A DNA stretch of 64,000 bases from assembly GCA_945889625.1 (NCBI GenBank), contig CAMDCE010000010.1, forward strand, positions 10,637-74,636, given 5' to 3'. Origin of the DNA: Asaia bogorensis (GTDB lineage Bacteria > Pseudomonadota > Alphaproteobacteria > Reyranellales > Reyranellaceae). Made by a program: the position numbers and the translations under genes. How positions within the stretch are numbered: position 1 is the first letter of the stretch; every line of letters starts with the position of its first letter. The notes below the pieces were generated by a model. The model searched no databases. It worked only from the letters and a program-made list of their open reading frames with translations, and had not been told where the DNA came from. Positions 58,746 through 64,000 of the stretch are shown piece by piece.

Positions 58746-59594
58746 CTAGTGGCTCGGCTTGGTGGAGAACGGCGTCAGTTGCAGTTCGTGCGTCCAGCAG
58801 GACCGGTCCTGCGTGTGGAGATAGAAGAACGCCTCGGCAATCTTCATCGGGTTGATGATGATGTCCGGATTGTTGTGCGCCCTCGGCAGCGCCCGCGTGC
58901 CCGGCGAATCGATCAGCCCATCGATCACGATGTTGGCGACGTGGATGCCATGTTCCGAGTATTCCTCGGTCAGGACCTGGGCCACCGTGCGCATCATCAC
59001 CCGGGGATAGTAAAGCGATTCGCCGGTATTGCGCTTGGTGCCGCGCAGCGACTTGGCGTTGTTCGAGAAGAAGAACGAGCCCGAGCCGCGCTGGCGCATG
59101 GCAGGCAGCACTTCCCTGGCCACCAGGAACGGCCCGCGGGTCGCGATCGCGTGGGCAACGTCGAACATCTCCACCGGGATATGCTCGAGCAGTTCCTTGC
59201 CCGGCGGCAGATCGCGGCCCTCGAGGTAGCCGGCATTGTAGATCAGGACTTCGGGCTCGCCGGCTTGGGCGCGAATGGTGGCGAACGCCGTCGCGATCGA
59301 TTTCTCCGACGAAAGATCGAGCTCGACGGTCATGCAGGAATTGCCCTGCTGCTTGATCGCCGCCTCGAGCGCCGCCGCGTTCGAGGCGGTGCGAGTCGTC
59401 AGCACCGTGAAGAAGCCCTCTTTCGCGAACTTCTGCGCCAACGCGCCGCCGACACCCCAGCGAGCCCCGACCGGCGTCGAACTGTCATCGAGCGCCTTGC
59501 CGTGCGCGAGCTTGGTGTTGCGGCCGTCGGACTGCCACTTGGAGGTGGCGCCGATGATGACGGCGACCGGTCTGGACTTTGTGTTCTGGGTCAT
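58746..59594 (-). CDS. atypical SDR oxidoreductase
   Basis: GVGGALAQKFA, LIYNAGY, HGIHVANIVIDG, WTHELQLTP. Confidence 0.8.
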   Translation of the reverse strand: MTQNTKSRPVAVIIGATSKWQSDGRNTKLAHGKALDDSSTPVGARWGVGGALAQKFAKEGFFTVLTTRTASNAAALEAAIKQQGNSCMTVELDLSSEKSIATAFATIRAQAGEPEVLIYNAGYLEGRDLPPGKELLEHIPVEMFDVAHAIATRGPFLVAREVLPAMRQRGSGSFFFSNNAKSLRGTKRNTGESLYYPRVMMRTVAQVLTEEYSEHGIHVANIVIDGLIDSPGTRALPRAHNNPDIIINPMKIAEAFFYLHTQDRSCWTHELQLTPFSTKPSH

Positions 59595-59607
59595 AGGAGT
59601 GCTCCTC

Positions 59608-61238
59608 TTAAGCTTGGCCCAGCCGGGGCTGATGGAACCCGTACGGCGGATAATCCTTGGCGATGTCCGACACGACTTCGATCAGCGCCGGCGCGTCGCT
59701 GGCCAGCGCCTCGCGGAGCGCGCCGCGCAGGCCGTCCGCGGTCTCGACCCGCCAGGCGCCGACGCCGAAGGAACGGGCGTAGGCCTGGAAGTCCGGGTTG
59801 GTCAGGACCGCGCCGGAATGGCGGCCCTCGTAGAGCCGCTGCTGGTCGCGCAGCACGTTGCCGTAAGAGGCGTTGTTCACCACCACCGTCACCAGGTTGA
59901 TGCCGAACTGCTTGGCGGTGGCGAGATCAGAGCCGCCGAACAGGAAGCCGCCGTCGCCGGCGACCGACACCACCGGCCGGTCGGGATTGGCGACCTTGAC
60001 GCCCAGCGCCGTCGGAAAGCCGTAGCCCAGCGTGCCGGAGAAGCCCGACGAGACCAGGCGGCGCGGCTGGTGAACGGGATAGCCGTACCAGATCATGTAG
60101 CCGAGCTGCGTCACCTCATCGACCACGATGCCATCGTCGGGCAGCACCTCGCGCAGCACCTTCATGAAGGAGTATTGCGGGTCGGCCTTCTCGACCGCCG
60201 CCTGCGCCGCCGCCCGGGCCGCGGTCACTGCGCCGCGCCACGCCGGATCGTCCTTGCGCTTGACCAGGGCGGCGAGCGCGCGCGTGCCGTCAGCGGCATC
60301 GGCCACGATCGCCACATCGACGGAAAGCCTGCGATGCTCGATCGGGTCGATGTCGATGCGCGCCGTCTTCAGCCCCGCCGGCGCCGGCGCCGGCGCCCAG
60401 CGCGCGAGCGGCACGTCGAGCCGCGTGCCGATGCCGATCAGCAGGTCGGTCCTGTCCCACAGCTCGAAGCCGCCCACCGTGTTCAGCGACAGCGGGTGGC
60501 GCGAATCGACCACGCCCTTGCCCATGCGGAACGACACGACGGGTGCTCCGATCTTCTCGGCCAGCGCCAGGATCTCGGGTCCGGCATCGACCGCGCCGCC
60601 GCCGATCCAGATCATCGGCGCCTTCGCACCGTCGACCAGCTTGGCGAGTGCGGCGACCTTGTCGGGATCGGGCACGGGATTGCCGTGCTTGCCCAGCGGG
60701 TCGATCGGCGTGACATCGGCGGCCGCGGAAAACATGTCCCACGGCATCTCGACCGCGACCGGACCGGGACGGCCCGAGGTCATCGCCTGGAATGCGCGCG
60801 CCATGACCTGGGCGCCTCGGTCGGATGCTCGATGCGCTCGGCGAACTTCAGCAGCGTCTTCAGGGTGGCGAGCTGGTCGGGCATCTCATGGAGCTGGCCG
60901 CGCCCGCGGCCGATCATGGCGCTCGGCACCTGGCCGGTGATGCACATGATGGGGGCGTTGACGCCCCATGCCGTGGTGAGCGCGCCCATGGTGTTCATCA
61001 CCCCGGGGCCGGGCACCACCGTGAAGGCCGACGGCTTGCCCGACGACTGGGCATAGCCCAAGGCCATGTAGGCGGTGGTCTGCTCGTGCCGCGCGTTGAT
61101 CACCTTCAGCCGGTTGGCGTTGCGGGCGAAGGCATCGAACAGGCCGTACATCTGCACGCCCGGCAGGCCGAAGATCGTGTCGACGCCGTGGCGCAGCAGG
61201 GAATCGACGATGGCGTCGCCACCGGTCATGCGAGGCAT
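59608..61238 (-). pseudogene. thiamine-pyrophosphate-dependent enzyme (acetolactate synthase-like), split by a 1-bp frameshift
   Basis: N part 60780-61238 (FGLPG, ARHEQ, VPGPG) and C part 59608-60804 (RPGPV, GTLGYG, GDGGF...NN); adding one base in the G run at 60810-60812 joins them. Confidence 0.85.
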
Positions 61239-61268
61239 GGATTTGTTTCCTCTCTCTTCGTGTGACGC

Positions 61269-61826
61269 TCAGTCCTTGCAGCGCACCGGATAGGTGAGCA
61301 CGAGGCGGTCCGTCGGGTAGGTCTTCGCCGGGTCGAAGCAGCCGACCGAATAGTCGAGCGCGTTGAAGGTCTCGCCGGGTTTCGCCCGCGGATGGCCGCG
61401 CGGCACGGCGGAGACCTCCATATGGACGATGGCGCAGGCGCGGATCAGCCGGCAGTCGGCGGCGTTGCCGCTGTCGCCCAGGGTGCCGATGACATCGCCG
61501 CGCTTGACCGTCATGCCGGGCTGAACCCTCACCGTCTGGAAATGGCAGTAGATCGTGTATCGACTGAAGTCACGATGGAACAGCGCCACCGTATTGCCGC
61601 ACGTCGCGGGATTGGCGCCCATGTGGGCCACGACGTCGCCATCGGCCGGCGCGATGACGTCGTCGCCGAACTTGCCGCTGAAGTCGACACCGGAATGGGG
61701 CGCCAGCGAGTTCGGAAGCGTGCCGCAACAGGTCCGATACGATTCGTAGGTCGACACGATCTGTGCCTTCTGCGCCCACGCCGGGAACGTCAGGGCCATC
61801 AGGCAAACCAACAATGCGCTTCTCAC
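61269..61826 (-). CDS. secreted M23 family peptidase-like protein, Cys-rich
   Basis: Signal peptide; HSGVD, APADGDV, TIYCH, VKRGDVIG.LGDSG; HxH appears as IVH. Confidence 0.75.
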   Translation of the reverse strand: MRSALLVCLMALTFPAWAQKAQIVSTYESYRTCCGTLPNSLAPHSGVDFSGKFGDDVIAPADGDVVAHMGANPATCGNTVALFHRDFSRYTIYCHFQTVRVQPGMTVKRGDVIGTLGDSGNAADCRLIRACAIVHMEVSAVPRGHPRAKPGETFNALDYSVGCFDPAKTYPTDRLVLTYPVRCKD

Positions 61827-61847
61827 GCGATCCCCCCAATTCTTGAA

Positions 61848-62723
61848 CTAGCTCTTGGCCGCGAGCTTGTCCTCGGTCCTCAAGTCGAAGTCGCTGGCGT
61901 CATGGCGTTCATGCAGCTGGGCCTTGGGATCGCCCTGCAGGCGGTTGACGATGCGCCCGCGCTTGACCGCCGGACGCTCGCCGATCAGGTCGGCCCAGCG
62001 CTGGACGTTCTTGTAGTCCTGGACCGACAGGAACTCGCCGGCGCCGTACAGCAATCCCTTGGCCAGGCCGCCGTACCACGGCCACACCGCGATATCGGCG
62101 ATGGTGTAATCGTCGCCGGCAAGATATTTGCTCTCAGCCAGCCGCCGGTCGAGGACGTCGAGCTGGCGCTTGGTTTCCATCGCGAAGCGGTCGATGGCGT
62201 ATTCGAACTTCGCCGGGGCGTAGGCATAGAAATGGCCGAAGCCGCCACCGAGGTAAGGAGCACTTCCCATCTGCCAGAACAGCCACGACAGGCATTCGGC
62301 GCGCTCGGTGCCACCCTTTGGCAGGAAGGCGCCGAACTTTTCGGCGAGGTAGAGCAGCATCGCGCCCGACTCGAACACGCGGATAGGGGCCGGCCCGCTG
62401 CGGTCGACCAGGGCCGGGATCTTGGAATTGGGGTTGGCCGCCACGAAGCCGCTGCCGAACTGCTCGCCCTGGCCGATCCGGATCGGCCAGGCATCGTACT
62501 CCGCACCGGCGTGGCCAAGCGCCAGCAGCTCCTCGAGCATGATGGTGACCTTCTGGCCGTTCGGCGTTCCCAGCGAATAGAGCTGCAGCGGATGACGGCC
62601 GACCGGCAGCTCTTTGTCATGCGTGGGGCCGGCGATCGGGCGGTTGATGTTGGCAAAGCGGCCGCCGTTCGCCTTGTTCCAGGCCCAGACCTTGGGCGGG
62701 GTGTAATCGGATGAGCTGCTCAT
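61848..62723 (-). CDS. yghU: glutathione-dependent disulfide-bond oxidoreductase
   Basis: YTPPKVW, NINRPIAG, LYSLGTPNGQKV, NPNSKIPAL, LHERHDASDF. Confidence 0.92.
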   Translation of the reverse strand: MSSSSDYTPPKVWAWNKANGGRFANINRPIAGPTHDKELPVGRHPLQLYSLGTPNGQKVTIMLEELLALGHAGAEYDAWPIRIGQGEQFGSGFVAANPNSKIPALVDRSGPAPIRVFESGAMLLYLAEKFGAFLPKGGTERAECLSWLFWQMGSAPYLGGGFGHFYAYAPAKFEYAIDRFAMETKRQLDVLDRRLAESKYLAGDDYTIADIAVWPWYGGLAKGLLYGAGEFLSVQDYKNVQRWADLIGERPAVKRGRIVNRLQGDPKAQLHERHDASDFDLRTEDKLAAKS

Positions 62724-62815
62724 TCTCCAAATCCTCTGTTGGCGCCTTCGTTGTGGCGGCCAGTCTACACAACCCTGCGCTCTGCTACAGTCCACGGACC
62801 CCGGGGAGACCCTGC

Positions 62816-63250
62816 ATGATATCGCCTCGCGAGCGTCACTTCGTTGATACGCGACGGATCGGTCATCTGGCGACCGCCGACCGAAACGCGGCGCCGCATG
62901 TCGTTCCGGTCTGCTTCGGCCTGCTGGACGACAAGGTCTACATCACCATCGACGGGAAGCCGAAGCAGGATCGCGGCCGGCCGCTGAAGCGGCTGCGCAA
63001 CATCGCCGACAATCGCCAAGTGGCCATCGTGTTCGACCGCTATGACGAAGACTGGCAGCGCCTCGCCTGGGTCATGCTGCACGGACGGGCGGAGATCCTC
63101 GCCGCCGGCAGCGAGCACGACCGGGCACAGGCGCTGCTGCGATCGCGTTACCGACAGCTCGACGCCATGCAGATCGGCGAGCTTCCCGTCATCGCCATCC
63201 ATATCGAGCGCGTCGCAAGCTGGGGCGCTCTCGGCGCCAAGGAAGCTTGA
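62816..63250 (+). CDS. PPOX-class (split-barrel) probable F420-dependent enzyme, Rv0121-like
   Basis: HLATAD...PHVVPVCF, IDGKPK..RPLKRLRNI, DRYDEDWQRLAWV, LRSRYRQ. Confidence 0.85.
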   Translation: MISPRERHFVDTRRIGHLATADRNAAPHVVPVCFGLLDDKVYITIDGKPKQDRGRPLKRLRNIADNRQVAIVFDRYDEDWQRLAWVMLHGRAEILAAGSEHDRAQALLRSRYRQLDAMQIGELPVIAIHIERVASWGALGAKEA

Positions 63251-63294
63251 CCCCCTCCGTCGCCTAAGAGTCATCACCTTCCCCCGTCTGCGGG
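63249..63294. repeat. partial copy of the gltX-cysS REP element
   Basis: GACCCCCTCCGTCGCC is the exact reverse complement of 35991-36006. Confidence 0.65.
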
Positions 63295-63644
63295 CTAGCG
63301 TTTGGCGCTCTTGCGCCAAATCGCGCGGGTGTCGGCGTCTGACGCCGACCTTGCGCCTTCACAGGCGCCGGGGGGTCATGGTTCCCATCGCTTCCCACGC
63401 CCGCGGGAAGCATCCGACGCCGACCGCGCCGCGTTTTCCCGCACTCCTTCCCATAATTCGCGCCACACCCCCTGCCCTGCGCAAAAAAAAGCGCCTCGCG
63501 AGGAATCGCAGATGGACCAGCAGCGGCGGGCACGAACGGCAATCCTCATGAATCTCATGAATCTCATGAGGCTCCCGAGACGGCGTCGGTGTCACCAGAC
63601 CTCGCAGGGCGCGATCGCCGGGCATTGCGGTTCGAGCTTTCTCT

Positions 63645-63689
63645 GTTCGCATTATGTTCTTGCCTATATCGCAATCTCGCATTATGGTC
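63645..63689 (+). promoter_or_regulatory. alphaproteobacterial LexA (SOS) box plus sigma70 promoter
   Basis: GTTC-GCATTAT-GTTC (63645-63659); TTGCCT (63660-63665)-N17-TATGGT (63683-63688); degenerate second box 63675-63689. Confidence 0.7.
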
Positions 63690-63695
63690 AACCGC

Positions 63696-64000
63696 ATGTC
63701 CACCGAGACCCAAGACCCGCCGCCGATGCCGCGTTCCCTCTCCGCCCCGGAGCTGCTCGCGGCCGACTCCCTGCCGCCGCGCGCGGCGATCCTCGATCCG
63801 ATCCTGTCGCGCAAGAGCCTGGCACTGCTCTACGGTCCGCGCGGCCTGGGCAAGACCTTCGCCGCACTCGGCATCGCCTGGGCCGCCGCCTCGGGCGGCA
63901 GCTTCCTCGGCTGGCGCGCGTCGCGGCCGCACCGCGTCTGCTACATCGACGGCGAGATGGCCGCGGCCGACATCCGCCAGCGGCTTGGCCTGTTCGGCGC
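63696..64000 (+). CDS. RecA-superfamily AAA ATPase (AAA_25/RepA-helicase-like), runs off window
   Basis: Manual translation MSTETQDPPP...LALLYGPRGLGKTF (Walker A)...RVCYIDGEM; missed by ORF track. Confidence 0.85.
   Translation, partial: MSTETQDPPPMPRSLSAPELLAADSLPPRAAILDPILSRKSLALLYGPRGLGKTFAALGIAWAAASGGSFLGWRASRPHRVCYIDGEMAAADIRQRLGLFG

Noticed and set aside
63359-63814. Minus-strand ORF containing HEIHEIHE
   Set aside because: Produced by the 9-bp tandem repeat; overlaps the ATPase gene and its promoter; no family motif

Overview
High-GC alphaproteobacterial chromosome segment. The gene style is Reyranella-like, which is an inference and was not verified. About 75 CDS are present. Core genes: nadQ-like regulator, nadA and nadC (no nadB), etfB-etfA-hbd, ccr, gltX, cysS, nadE and trmFO. 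These are interleaved with many redox and catabolic accessory genes: five luciferase-like monooxygenases, three SDRs, TauD, GMC, TPP enzyme, CoA transferase, two Bug/TctC binding proteins and two GSTs. No rRNA, complete tRNA, CRISPR array, transposase or integrase was found. The most interesting signals are non-coding or were missed by the ORF track. (1) Two ~145-bp CTAnAGC-ended double-hairpin elements with compensatory base changes, each overlapping a TAG stop codon. (2) An alpha-type LexA box (GTTC-N7-GTTC) on a probably leaderless RepA-like AAA ATPase gene at the right edge. (3) PhaR-type boxes on the ccr and etf promoters. (4) Tandem NadQ operators. (5) A REP element read through by trmFO. 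(6) A Cys-containing uORF before cysS. (7) A cupin dioxygenase paired with a basic [2Fe-2S] ferredoxin. (8) Several small lipoproteins, gene remnants and frameshifts. All analysis was by eye; no searches were run.
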